Shown piece after piece: positions 37,962-51,323 of a DNA stretch of 64,000 nucleotides; position 1 is the stretch's first letter, and each line of letters begins with the position of its first letter. Made by a program: the position numbers and the translations under genes. The stretch covers positions 89,896,128 to 89,960,127 of the forward strand of contig NC_057718.1 of the NCBI RefSeq assembly GCF_004010195.1. Direction: 5' to 3'. Below the pieces are notes generated by a model. That model was not told the origin of the DNA, ran no database searches, and worked only from the letters and a program-made list of their open reading frames with translations. This DNA comes from Chiloscyllium plagiosum (lineage: Eukaryota).

Positions 37962-40129
37962 GTATGTACGAGTTTAAATCGGATTGGTACTTTTGGAAGG
38001 AATCTGAGGAGGGGCATTTTTTTTCTTCGTAATTTTGTCATTAAGCAACCCTCCCTGCTTCAAGATTTCTGGTTAATCTGTGTCCAAACTTCATCCTAAA
38101 CAACAGCTTCACAGTGTATGTGCATACACAGGTGCACACGCACATGCATAAATACATCAGTGCATTCATGCATACACGTCCAATCACAAACTTGTGTTAC
38201 ATATCCTCAGGCCACGTAGTGTGCTCCCATATTTACACTATTCTCTTTAAATCAATAGAGTCAAATTCATTAGAAGGTAAATTCAGAAGCTGAATACAGA
38301 ATGAGTCCAAACTTTGAGGGCTAAGTTGGACTCTGTTAGGATGGCAGTGCCATTAAAAGCTCAGTGCTCCACCCCTACTTTCTGTGCTTGTATATAAATA
38401 TACAGCATGGAAAAAGTGTTTATTTTAGCTAGTGCTGTTTATAAATATTGAGGGTATTTTGTTGCCTTTTTGGTCTTTACATCAAAAGACTTCCAGATGT
38501 CTTCAGAAATATTTTTGTCTGATATTTTAGTAATCTGTTGCAATCCTAGTAGGGAGTACTGACATTCAGAGAAATTCAAACGCCCAGTAATTAACTGGTG
38601 GAGCTGAACTACAAGTTTTCATGTTTTTAAACAAAAACAAGCTTTATTGTACATGCAAAGAAAATTAAACAAGAGCACGCACTACCAATGTAACTGTGAT
38701 ATGAATCCAGTTTTACTTTTACTACCCAACCCCCAAGATTACCCTTGCTATAAAATCTTGAAGTTCATTTATCTGGCACCAACCCAAAGGATCACCACAG
38801 TCTTCAGAAATCACTTGGATTTCTTTTCAATGTTCCAACTATAATGAGAGGTATGGATTTTCTTGGGGATCCTGCCATTAGAGCTTGGCTCAGCAAACGT
38901 GTAATTTTATTTAAAAGCCACATGACTTTTCCCCTTCAGTTTGTGTGAGCTTTATGCATCCTTTCTTCAGGATTTGAACATCGGAAACGTCTCCGATTCC
39001 CAATGATTTTCTAAGTCCCCTTAATTTCTCCACAGCCGCTGCCCCTACGGCTTTATCCAGTTCCTGGCAGTTGTTTTTTCACTGCGTATACCAAACTGGC
39101 TGCTACAGGGATAACTGCCTTTTACTGTGAGAACCACTTTTTTAAAACTGTAGCTTTCAGCGAGGCCCATCTTCTAGCTTTGTTTCCATTCGTGCAAACT
39201 CTCAAGTCTTCAATTAGAGCTCAGGCCCCAGTCACATTCTTTGAAACAAACTCTTGGGTGAGTGTTTTCTCAATGTGCAAGCCTGGCTGATACCTCCTTT
39301 TGCTCCCTTGATTCGGTGATTTACAACCTGCCAAAAAAAAACAAATCTGCATCTAACGTCAGTGAGGACTGAGCAAGCTGAATCAAACAAAAAGGACACT
39401 TCGGCCCCACAATCCATTTCTGTCCTAACTCTGTATGCTTTCAGGGGCTCCAAATAGAAATGTCAGTTGACTATCTTGCCTTCAGCATAGCTCTTTGATC
39501 TGCAAAACGCGTGAATAATTTAGATCTCTAATAGGTAAAATTGCCCTTTCTCCAGAACTGCTGTCTCCGTCAAGAAACCTGCATGTTTACAAACTGTCTC
39601 AGCTTTTCATCTGGAGAAGACATAACCTGGCTCCATAAAAGATTTATGTTGCTTAACTGTTGTCTGTCTGTCAGTTTAAAGCTTGGAGATGGATCAATGT
39701 TTAAATTTCTTTGGACTGTCATCTCTGACCTTTCAGGATAATCAGGTTAAACCTAGTGTGTTTATTCTTCCTTTACATTAGGGTTGTTTTATCACTTTCT
39801 TAATGAGGGCTTTTCCATTTATCTGACCAATTCAATCTCCAACCTAAAAGTTACACCTAAAATATTAATATAAATCATGAAGCTAAACAATTACAACAAT
39901 CCCATTAATATATTTTAAAATTCTTAACCTTCCAGCTCATATTTTAATAATTTGTCAAGCAGTACGTTTGTTTTCAAGTGTCTGTCTCTAGCACTTAATA
40001 CGAGGGGATAATTGGATGTGATTTGCTTGTAACAGGCATATTAGACCCTTCTTTTGTGTCTCTACTCAACTGGGAGCTCGGGAGAGCTGAATGGGATTGT
40101 GGTTAGTTTTTTTGTCTCTGGGGCTCGAG

Positions 40130-40545
40130 TCTGATTCTAACTCTGGATAGATAGACTGGGACATTTTTCACTGGAGCATGGGGGGCGGGTTGAGGGGTGA
40201 CCTTAAGGAGGTTTATAAAATCATGAGAGGTACAGATAAGGTGAATGGCAGGTGTCTTCTCCCTAACATGGATGATTTCAAGAATAGTTGACATTTTTAA
40301 GGCGAGAGGAGGAAGATTTTTTTTAAAAAAGTCAAGGGGGCACTGTTTTTTACACAGTGGGTCATGTGTGGAATTAACCTCCAGAGGAAGTGATGGATGC
40401 AAATACAGTTATAATGTTTAAAAGACATTGGATAAATACATGAATAAGCAATATATCGAGGGACAATAGCCAAGCGCAGGCAGGTGGGACTAGTTTAGTT
40501 TGGGATTATGGTTGGATCGAAGGGTCTGTTTCCATGCTATATGAC
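40130..40545 (+). mobile_element. CR1/HER1-type 3' fragment
   Basis: LRGDLKEVYKIMRG remnant and the ggatcgaagggtctgtttcc tail. Confidence 0.8.
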
Positions 40546-40636
40546 AGTCCGATCACTGACTCTTAAATAACAGTCTGATCACTGACTCTTAAATAACAGT
40601 CTGATCACTGACTCTTAAATGACAGTCTGATCACTG
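40544..40636. repeat. 26-bp minisatellite, about 3.6 copies, at the CR1 tail
   Basis: acagtctgatcactgactcttaaata starting at 40544, 40570, 40596 and 40622. Confidence 0.95.
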
Positions 40637-40959
40637 CCTAGTACTTGACTGCACACAACCAACTATTCCTAACCCAATACTAATTGGCAAACTCTGAGGT
40701 CTGAATCTAGCTGATGTAGAGAATGAGACAACTAGGTCTGCAGTAGAGGACAGTCCTCTCAGCTAGGTGCAGAACACAGGTTTACTGGATATCTGAACGT
40801 AGGGTGCTTGTTGAAGTACAACTTCCATTAACATTACTAACAAAGATTTATTTATTTAAAAATAAAATTTCATTGCAGCCCAGAGCCGAATTTAGGTAGT
40901 TTTTTTAAACATTGTCTTCCCATATACGATAGACAGAACTTTAAATAATATGTAACAAC

Positions 40960-41550
40960 AATAACAGTGAGAGGATTAGGGTATAGGAATAGGGATGTTT
41001 TGCTGCAATTATACAGGATCTTTGGTGAGACCACACCTAGAATATTGTGTGTCATTTTGATCTCTTGATCTGAGAAAGAATGTTCTTGTTAGAGGGAATG
41101 CAGTGGAGGTTTACTCGACTGATTCCTGGGATGGCAGGGCTTGAAGTATGAGGAGAGATTTGATCATTTAGGATTGTGTGCATTGGAGGTCAGAAGAATG
41201 AGGGAGGATATCATAGAAACCTATAAAATTCTAACTGGACTAGACAGGGTGGGTGCACGAAAGATGTTCCTGATGACTGGGAATTCTAAAACTAAGGGGT
41301 CACAGATCAAGGATATGAGTCAAACTATTTAAGACTGAGGTGAGGAGAAATTTCTTCACCTAGAGCACAGTGAGCCTGTGGAATTCACTACTACAGTAAG
41401 CCGTTGAGGTCACAACGTGGTATGATCTCAAGGTGTTGGATGTTTCATTTGGGGCTAAAGAACCAAAGGGTACAGGGGAAAAGCAGGAACAAGTTATTGA
41501 GTTGGATGATCACAATTAATGGTAGAGCAGGGTCAATTGGATGATGCTCC
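40960..41550 (+). mobile_element. CR1-type 3' fragment
   Basis: LKYEERFDHLGLCALEVRRMREDIIETYKILTG. Confidence 0.8.
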
Positions 41551-42205
41551 TATATTGATCATTTGATTTGGATTGTTATGTTAACCAGCATTCAATATTT
41601 GACATGTATCAAATGTGTTTATTGCTCAGGTGTGGTGTGATATTGGAGTATTCTTAAATCCTGTTATATTATCTCTTAATTCACTTGGCTGTCATTGAGT
41701 TCCGTAGCTGGAGGAACTGAGCGATTTGTGCAGTTAACTTGGAATGAGGCTTGAAGTTTGGGAACATTCTCTGTAAAAAAAAAAAAATGGCAGAATTGAT
41801 TAGTCTGATGTGTCTCTCTAGATTTCAATCATGTCAGAAACCAGAGAAGTAAGGGCCAAGAATGCCTTTGCAAGGTCTTTTACTCAACTGTTTTCCTTTG
41901 GCTTGAGGTTGCTGACCTCACTGCCTGACCCCACAAATTTCAGTACAGAATTAATAATAGTTTTACTGACTGACTGCCACATCTCTCAGTACATGGAATT
42001 CCTTTATTAAAAGGGAACAGCCCAAAATCTGACAGTAAATCTTGCAGGGGCCACTTCACTATTTCTCGAACTGTGGGAAAGCACAGCAGGAGGACATTAG
42101 GTCCATTGAACTACAAGGTTCTTCTGTGTCAGGACGATGATGTTTCTAACTCTGTTTAAAGCCTGACCCTCTGCCTCAGATCTCTGACCTTTGTTTTTTT
42201 TTCAG

Positions 42206-42282
42206 GGCAGCGTTTTCGATACACGCACTATGATGAGAGTCAAGGGGAGATCTACAGATCGATTCAGCACTTGGATAAAATG
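42206..42282 (+). CDS. MEMO1: MEMO1 coding exon
   Basis: poly-T tract cAG/GTATG; 77 nt; [25 protein letters not shown]. Confidence 0.98.
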
Positions 42283-43569
42283 GTATGGCAACTGGCATGT
42301 TCTCTGAGGGAGGAGATCCTTAGCTGAGTTTCCTTCTGTAATTTTGTTCCAACTTTGTTGTTTATCTGCTGCAAATGGCAATTAACTGCAAGCTGAAATG
42401 CCCAAGGCAGTTCCTTTGTCACTGAATGGATGGTTTCAATGTAGAACATTAAGTACAATAACCGGACCTTTGGTTCAACTGACATATGGCAGTGTTTATT
42501 ATTACAGTTCTCCTGTCTTCCTTCTCCATCTAACCATATCCGCATAATCTTCTCTTTCTTTCTCCATGTTTATCTAGCTTTATCTTAAATGCTTCAATTA
42601 TCAAAGTGGAGTATTTCTAGCCACTCCCTGGATCGTTCTTGCTGTTTTTTTAAAAATTGGGAGTTATTTGATGACTATTTGAACTTTGTTACCTCTAATT
42701 TTGGTCTGACCCCCAGTGAAAACATTTTGATGACTCTTTGATCAATTTCCTTCAAGTCTTCCGTCAACAGTCAAGATACATGGGACAATGAGTGAATTTG
42801 CTCCTCATGCCCCCAAAATGCCTGCAAAAGTGTCATCACTAGGGCAACACATTGAGAAGAGTCACCACCTAGTCATGGGGGAAAGATAAACTGTGATTGG
42901 AGAAGTAGCTCCTCAGAGATTCTATCTCCCCTATGCAAGCCACAGCAGCTTCCCCAGGCTCGGGTGACCTCCCACCATTTGTGCTGCACTGGACACAGTA
43001 CATGTGATTGGAGGAGCAGCAAGCTTGGGAGGGAGGGAAACTACTGATTGGAGGAGCAGGTCTGGTTGCTACCAGGATCAGCATGAGAGTTTTGTGAGAC
43101 CAGAACAGTGGCTGTTGAGCCTGGTGAGGACACATCAAGGCTTGTGACCAAGTTGCAGCCTGATTGGGTCCGGTGGTGTCAAGAATAGCATCACCAGTCT
43201 TGGCCCAGGGTGGGTGCGGGTGAACAGCACTCGAGTGTCAGCCTGGTAGTGTTTGGGGGAAATGAGCAGGGGCAGTTGTAGTGTACCTGCCCCTGGACTG
43301 GAAGGCCCAGGTTCAACTCCCACCTGCTCCAGAGAGGTAAACAACTCTGAACAACTTGATTCGAAAATTTACAAAAACAAAATTCAGAGTATCAGATGAT
43401 CCACTAATTATCAGGAAAATAGGTAGCTCAGACCTTGTGCATTCTGCAACTTTACCAATTACTAACAAAGTTTATTGGAGCTTATTACCATTCATATTTT
43501 CCAAAATGATGAGAGGACACAGGATTCCCTGTAAAGAGGAGGCAATCTGAGGAGCTGAGGTCTTAGATA

Positions 43570-44670
43570 CTTTTTATGATAACAAGGATGCCTGTGTCAG
43601 GCTCCTTATTGGCTACAGATCTGCCTTCAACATCATAATTCCAAATAAATTCATTTCCAGAATCTGAGACCTAGGTCTTCGCTCGCCCACCACTATAAAC
43701 TGGATCTTCGACTTTCTGACTCATAGACTTCAATTAGTAAGAATAGGCGACAACACCACCTCCATGATAATCCTTAACACCGGTGCACCACAAGCCCCTT
43801 ACTGTACTCCTTTTACAATCACGACTGTGTGGCCGAATTCTGCCCCCAACTCCGTTTACAAGTTTGCTGATGATGCCACCATTGTAGGCCAGATCTCAAA
43901 CAACAATGAGACGGAGTACAGGAAAGAGATTGAGAATTTAGCAGCATAGTGTAAAGACACGATGCTGTACTCTCCATCGATGTCAGCAAAACGAAGAAGC
44001 TGGTCATTGACTTCAGGAAGTGGAGTGGAGGGCACGCCCCTGTCTGTATCAACGGTGCTGAGGTGGAGATGGTCGAGAGCATCAAGTTCCTGGGAGTGAT
44101 GGTCACCAACAATCTGTCCTGGTCAATAAAGCACAACAACGCCTCTGTTTCCTCAGGAAGCTAAGGAAATTTGGCATACATCATAGAAAGCATCCTATCT
44201 TGATGGATAATAGCACAGTGTGGCAACTGTTCTTCCCAGGACTGATAGAAACTACAGAGTCGTGGGCACAGCCCAGTCCATTATGCAAACCAGCGTCCCA
44301 TCCATTGACTCCATCTATACTTCCTGCAGCCTTGGGAAAGCAACCAACATAATCAAAGATCTCTCCCACTCCAGTTATACTATCTTCCATCCTCTTCCGT
44401 TGGGCAGAAGATATACATTTTTGAATACACTTACAGATTGAAGAACAGCTTCTTTCCTGCTTTTATCATACTTTTGAGTGGACCTCTCCAATGTTAATGT
44501 TTATATTGCGCTCTCTCTCTCTCTGCATCTTCTCTCTGGCTATAACACTATTCTGCACTCTGTTCTGCTACCCTGATGCACTTTGTATGACACGATCAGC
44601 CTGCACAGCATGCAAAACAACACTCTTCAGTGTATCTCTGTACATGTAACAACAATAAATCAAATCAATT
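43570..44670 (+). mobile_element. Rex1/Babar-clade LINE, 5'-truncated
   Basis: LNTGAPQ, YKFADDATIVGQISNNNETEYRKEIE, SKTKKLVIDFRK, KAQQRLCFLRKL; tail aataaatcaaatcaa. Confidence 0.85.
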
Positions 44671-45222
44671 CAAATTTAATTATTTATAGAGGTATAGAAT
44701 CAAAAGAGTTGGATAATCAGCTAATTGTTAATGTCATTTAGGGAAGGAAACTTTCATCCTAAACTGGTCTGGCCTATATAGGACTCCAGGCCCAAAGCAA
44801 TGTGCTTAACTTTTAACTGTTGTCCGGGCAATTCAGGAGGGCAACAAATTTGGGCGTGAAAAAATGAATTAGAAAGAAGAGTCACCATCCTGCATTCAAT
44901 ATTTTCACAGTTTTCTTGAAGTAACGAAATGGCCAGGTGTTTGAATTGTGCAAGTGGTGTTCAGCCAGCGAATGAATGGAAGTGAGCAGTTTCCAGTTAT
45001 GGCGGTGGTTACATTTAAAGATTTAATTTGCTAGCGTAATGACAATCACTGAATCTGCTTGGCTTGTGTTTCCTCATGACCTGACATTCACACAGTGCAT
45101 GCTGGTTTCTGAAGGTGGCAAGACTAGTAATGTTCCCTGAACTTGGATATTTTTGCATTGGATGACAAAATGTTTCATAACATAGTCTCTCTCTCTCTGC
45201 CACTTGATCTGTTTTCTTTCAG

Positions 45223-45327
45223 GGTATGGATATTATTGAACAACTAGATGCTGTATCATTTAACAACTATTTGAAGAAATACCACAATACAATCTGCGGT
45301 CGCCACCCAATTGGGGTTCTGCTCAAC
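45223..45327 (+). CDS. MEMO1: MEMO1 coding exon
   Basis: ttcAG/GTAAG; 105 nt; [35 protein letters not shown]. Confidence 0.98.
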
Positions 45328-46193
45328 GTAAGCTGCAGTTAATTATTTTTTCTCCTTTAGACCTCTATATTGTAAGACCGTTTTGCTAGTTGTGGTTAAC
45401 TGTATTCTTTACATTGCGATGAGTTAGTACTACTTTTAGTTATTTTAGTTGTGGATTTCCAAAATTTTGTAATGGGGAGTCCGGTTTATCAACTACAGGA
45501 AGAGCACATTCAGATTTTAATTGCTTTGAGTTGGAAAAAGCTTGAGTTGAGTGAAGATGCCATTCCATACCAGAAAGACTCATCCAAAAATGAAATTCAT
45601 ACATTTGGGTTTTATGTTTGTGTTCAGCCTACTGAGAATATAAACATTACAGCTGCATGTGTCTTAAAGGCTAACTGAATCAATTGGGAGTCCAAAGAGG
45701 TAATTGTTCCAGGTTCCTAACCGCTGTCATCATTTCCATTTATTTTATCACAAGCAGAAGCTAAAAGTGGTTGTAACAAATGTGAGTGCACAGTCAAAGA
45801 TTGTAGTCATGCTGCAGCTCCCATTGCATTAACCCATTCCTTTTCCAATAATTCTGGGAAACATTCAAAGTTATTAAAATGGGTAGAGGGTGTTAGCAGC
45901 TCGGTGTTTAGTTTTTTCGATTGACATGAAAAAACACAAGAAAAATCAGATCCTAAAGCAACTCCATCTCTCTGCCACTATGAATCTACTAACTACCCGG
46001 AGCATGAGAGAAACCATTCCTGTACTTGCTGATCAGACCATTGTGTGGCTAAGGTTAGCGGAAATGGTTCATAGTATCGATAGGTTTGTTGTCAAAAAGC
46101 ACCAGTGAACACATGCAGCCAGTATCTGTCTTTCCTGGTCTCTCTGTGCCCTCTTAGAGTTTGCTGATGGGACCATCTTCTTCTGTCTTTCAG

Positions 46194-46325
46194 GCTGTGG
46201 CAGAATTGAGGAAGAGTGGAATGAACATGGCGTTTTCCTTCCTAAACTATGCCCAATCAAGTCAATGCAAAAACTGGGAGGATAGCTCCGTTAGCTATGC
46301 CGCGGGTACTTTGATGGTCCACTGA
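46194..46325 (+). CDS. MEMO1: MEMO1 last coding exon with stop
   Basis: ttcAG; AVAELRKSGMNMAFSFLNYAQSSQCKNWEDSSVSYAAGTLMVH-TGA. The eight exons total 833 nt, which with a 61-nt first exon gives the 297-aa length recalled for MEMO1. Confidence 0.98.
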   Translation, partial: AVAELRKSGMNMAFSFLNYAQSSQCKNWEDSSVSYAAGTLMVH

Positions 46326-46722
46326 ATCATCGCTACTCAGGAAAGCCACTGCATCCTCGGTCTCCTGGTCCCAGCCTTCCCTTAAAGACATACCTCCATT
46401 ATTTGGAGCTATCTAATGTTGAACTTTTGAACTTTCTTGAGGTGTAGTCCCTCATAGTTTTGACTGACGTGCTTTCTTTGTGTTTTCTTTAAGCTGAAGT
46501 GCGGTACTGGATGACGTGACCTAGTGTTAAGGTGGCCAATGGCGACGTATAAAAGTGTAGACACTTATTTGCTTACAGATAGATCTGCAGGTGTGGGTGA
46601 GAGTGTACCGTTCATATTCCCATCAGTTGCATTTATAATCTCAAACCATAGTTACTCAAGATATAAGCTGCAGTGCAAACAGCTGCTGCCAACATTGTAT
46701 AAGGTTTTTTTGTTTAGTTGCT

Positions 46723-46728
46723 AATAAA
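46723..46728 (+). promoter_or_regulatory. Candidate MEMO1 polyadenylation signal (AATAAA); alternative ATTAAA at 46837-46842
   Basis: Canonical hexamer about 400 nt after the stop, with T-rich sequence downstream; usage not verifiable from DNA. Confidence 0.55.
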
Positions 46729-49263
46729 GGGCTACACACACCAAAATGGTCTTATGATTTAGATTTCCTGCTATCTGATGTGTAATCTGAATTTTGTCAC
46801 TAACTGTAGTGTTTTTATTATCTATTTTTAAAAACAATTAAAGTTTAATTCTTTTCTTGATTATTTTCATTGCTTTTAGCACATAGTTTCTAAATTTACT
46901 TGAATGTTACTCCAAGCAGGATGGATCCCATCAGTCTCCCCTCACTTTTTTTTTGTCCTGTAGGGTTATTTCTGTAGAGTAAGTCCTGGCTTAGCCTGCC
47001 TAATATCGATTTGCTTTAATGTTGTAATATAGTGACATTGTCAGTTTCACTTCAGTGTCATTCACCACAGAGTACTTGTTCTCTGCATTCTATTAAATTA
47101 CTTTCCTCACCAGGCTGCCCTCCTCACCCTCTGTTCTTAACTTAGGCCCTGGGTTCCCCATCATTGCTGTACTCTCACTGACACTTGAGCTCTGTCTCGT
47201 TAGTCAGTTTAAGTAGCTCCAGCAGCTCCAAGTAAGTTTTATATTTGGCAAGTTTTTCTTTTTCAACTAGGAATGGAGTGTATGGTACGGTATTTCAACT
47301 TGTGCTTTTCTCCGTGGGGGAAATATCTGAAGGATCCAAACTTTTGGTTTTTATTTTGATTCCTATGAGTAAATAATGCTCACTCAAAATTTCTCTTTGA
47401 AGTCATAAGTTTAAGGAACATCAATTTAAGTGAGGACTTAAACCTTGAATTGAATACATATTAAGTATGGTGCTGATCGGAGAGGCTGAAAACCAACAGA
47501 TCAAATACTCCATCTATGAAACAACACACGAATTGGTTAAAATAGTTAATTGATGTTGGAATCGAGGAAGGTATGGCGTTGGCGAAGTGCTGACAGGCTT
47601 GAAGTCCTGCTGCTATTTGCACAGCCAGGCTGCCAGCATCTTAGTCCTGCATGATATCTGTGATCTGTCTTGGCTTGAATGCCTTGATTTCCTTCCATCT
47701 TACACCAGTAGTTATGCCATCCCTCAGACTATTGGACATAATACTTTGACTGCAGTCTCGTTGCTGTCTGGAGTTTGCTGGTCCTGTCCAAACAAAATGC
47801 AGCCTAATTGTTCTTATAGAGGTGATAAGTCACCTTGAATGGTGCAGTTCATGTAGTATGACCCAATAACCATGAGGGAACAGTGAAATATGGATAAAAG
47901 AAAGTACTGTTAAAAAACAAAGCTGGAAATAAAACCAAGATCTATAGATCGTAAATGTCTCAGCTAGTCAGAGAGAGATTGAGTGGGAAAAGAGAAGGGG
48001 AAACAGCTTTAGTTGAAAGGGTTAATTTGAGGATGGGTTGCATAGATTAGTCTCATTTTCCCCCTACTAGAAGACCAAGAGCTGATTTCAAACATTTATG
48101 AGTAAAGAAGTTGAAAGGGTGCATGAGAAATAATTTCCTCTGGTACAATGAGGCGTAATGTTAAAAACAAAGCTTGTGTTAGGAACTGAAATGTTCCATA
48201 AACATTTGAAGGCAGATTGAGAATTTCAAAGCTAAAGCTAATAGTATACTTGGCCTAAGAAAAATATCTAAGGTGCAGGGGTCTGGGATAACGGGATGGT
48301 CGGTACACTTCACCACACTTAATTAGAACTGGACTAATTATAGTAAGGAACATAATTGTAAGAATATTAGCCTCCAAGGTTAAATTGTCCCAAGTATGTT
48401 TACAAATAAACTAAGATACAACAGCAATAAAGCAATATTAACCAATACAATATAAATGAACTCTAATCAGTCCACAAGGAGCTAATTGGTCCATTTGGAC
48501 AAGCTGCCTATTAATGAGTTTACACTGTCTCTCTTTTGGATCAACAGGCCTTTTCAGTCCAGTCTTTCAAATCTGTAAATCTTAATTTAGCAGAACCAAA
48601 CAATATTTGTGACAGACCAAACTATCTGCACAATTTGTTAATTACCAGTTTGTCTGCTCTTGATCAGCAGCTCTTATTCAACAAGAACCTGCTTGTTGAC
48701 ACTCAGTTTGGGTTCTCCTAAGACTGGTACAGCCTTAGGCCAAATATGGACAAAAATCTTCAGAAGGTAAGTGGATATAACTGCCCTTGCCATCAGGGAG
48801 CATTTTCCTTATTTTGACATCAAGCAGCTCTAGCAACCTCCACCCAGATATGGTGAGGAGCCTTTGAACTTGATGGCTAATCCACACTGCCAGTGAACTA
48901 CCCCGTTTTATGGAGTGGTGAGGGAGGAGTTGCCTCATCGTATCACAGTTATTTTCATATTGTTTAAAAGCATGCTGAGTGAGAAGCTTGGTAAACCATA
49001 TTTTGGCTGATTTCAACCGGGGCAATTAAAACTGGTGACGTAGCCTCAGTTGGACAGACGTTTGGGCTTGAAATAGCTGGGTTTCCTTCCAGGTTGACCT
49101 TTTGCAGCACAGAAATAGGCACTGGGCTGAAGAAATGGTTAAATCTGAGATTCCCACCAACACTCTCAGGTTAAAGGTGAACTACCACAGTGGTTAGGGC
49201 CTTGGTAGGCAAGACTGAAGAGGTGGAAATCTGCAGAGCAAAAGGTGGCTTGTTCCTTGCAGT

Positions 49264-49461
49264 TCAGGCTGTGTATTTTTCCTCGCCTTGTTTTTTACTC
49301 TTGTGGTAGTGTGTGTAATCGTTGTACAACTCCTTAAACACTTCCCTCACGCCTGTCTGTAATAATGTATTGAGGAACCGGAGATCGCTCTCTGTGACTA
49401 GATCCAGGAGATGATAGATTCCCACCGTCAAATGTCTTTTCACATCTGTGTTGAGGGTGAC
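49264..49461 (-). CDS. URB2: URB2 last coding exon with stop (Urb2/Npa2 C-terminal region)
   Basis: tttcAG; [68 protein letters not shown], matching the recalled human end [24 protein letters not shown]. Confidence 0.96.
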   Translation of the reverse strand, partial: [65 protein letters not shown]

Positions 49462-50625
49462 CTGAAAATAAAAGAAAATGACAGCCTGGTAGGAACCCCT
49501 TCAAAATAAAAACAACAGATGTAAGAACCTTTCACTGAAGCTTAACAATATTAAGAAAATATGAGGTGTGCTTTTGGACACCTTGGATTCCAGCATCTGC
49601 AGTTTTTTTTTGTCACTAACCAACTTTGGAGATGAGTAGCTGCTATTTTATTGGTAACTTTAGCATTGTGCCCCCAATGGGAGATGTTTGCAATGTATGC
49701 CAATTTGAACCAACAATCTGTATGGCTTCAGCTCCATCACACTCCATAGGTCCACTGGCTCTGCTTGTGAAAGTCTCCAATGTGTAGGAGCTAGGATTGT
49801 AGGGATCACAACTGACTGCTGAGAGCAACAGTAGGTTTCATCCCTCCTGAGCTTGCCTTTTCCATTATGTTTATGACTTACTTCATGGTTGGTTGGCAGG
49901 AGAATTGAGAATAGGTCAAGAGTCACAGGCACAAGCCATATTCCTGACACACTATAGTATAATACAACAGGATGCTACATGGTCTTAGTTCTACTGGCAT
50001 CATCTGCTATTGGAAGACTGTGCGGTCAAGTCCCGTTCAAGGACAGAAATGAGGCTGACGCCGCTGAAGGAGAGTTGCGCTTCCTGTGATTCTGTCTTTC
50101 CAATGAGATGTTAAGTCATTATCTGCCCTTTCATAAAAGATCTTTGAAGCAAGGAAATTTATCCCTCAAAATAACACTATAAACGTGATCATTATAATAT
50201 TTTCATATCTTTTAAAAGCATGCTGAGCAGGAAGGTCACTAAACCATGTTTTCTTGGCTGATCTCAACTGGGGCAACGAAAATGCGACACTGCCTCAGTT
50301 GGACAGAGGTTTGGGTTTGAAAGAGCTGGGTTTCCTTTCCAGCTTGGTCTTTTGTGAAGCACGGAATTAGGCACTGGCTGAAGAAATGGTTGAAGCTATG
50401 ATTCCCACCAACACTCTCGGATTAAAGGTAAACTGCCACAGTGGTGATGTGGAATGGTTTTGGGAATTTGCTCTGGTCAAAATGGGCTGCCACATTATAT
50501 CATTTTTGCAAATCAAATTTGTGTTGAAGTTGGATCTCTAACCCATTCCCTTCCAACTCAGTTGCTAGGGTCCTTTTACTGAGCCTCAGCTGAATTGTTC
50601 ATTTCTTCCTCAATTCCTGCAATTA

Positions 50626-50883
<258 letters not shown>

Positions 50884-51292
50884 TTATTTTGTATCATCAG
50901 GAATTGGGATACTATGTGGCACAATACTCATTGATTCACCCTCTCACAACATTGACCCAGTGATGCAACAACTCTGCACTGCACTGCACAGCTATCCAAG
51001 ATTACCTGGAAGATCATTTTTGATGTTCAGGGGAAGGATGGCAAAAGTGAGGAGTAATGTTTCTCATCTTAAGTGTTCAGCCGTTGTCAGGTTCTCGTCT
51101 GTTGCAGCACTGTGAGTTACCCATTTTGTGCTGTGATCCTATATCTCACTCCAAATGGAGTTGGACAGCTTGAACTGACTTTTTCAGCCAAAATGTTAGC
51201 AGCTAGTTTCAAACCCAGATCACTTCAGGAACCCGCTGCATCACTAGGTTCCTAATTATTTTCAAGGCCAGACCATAGGGCTACTCTCCCAT

Positions 51293-51318
<26 letters not shown>
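51293..51318. repeat. (GA)n microsatellite
   Basis: Pure GA run. Confidence 0.95.
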
Positions 51319-51323
<5 letters not shown>

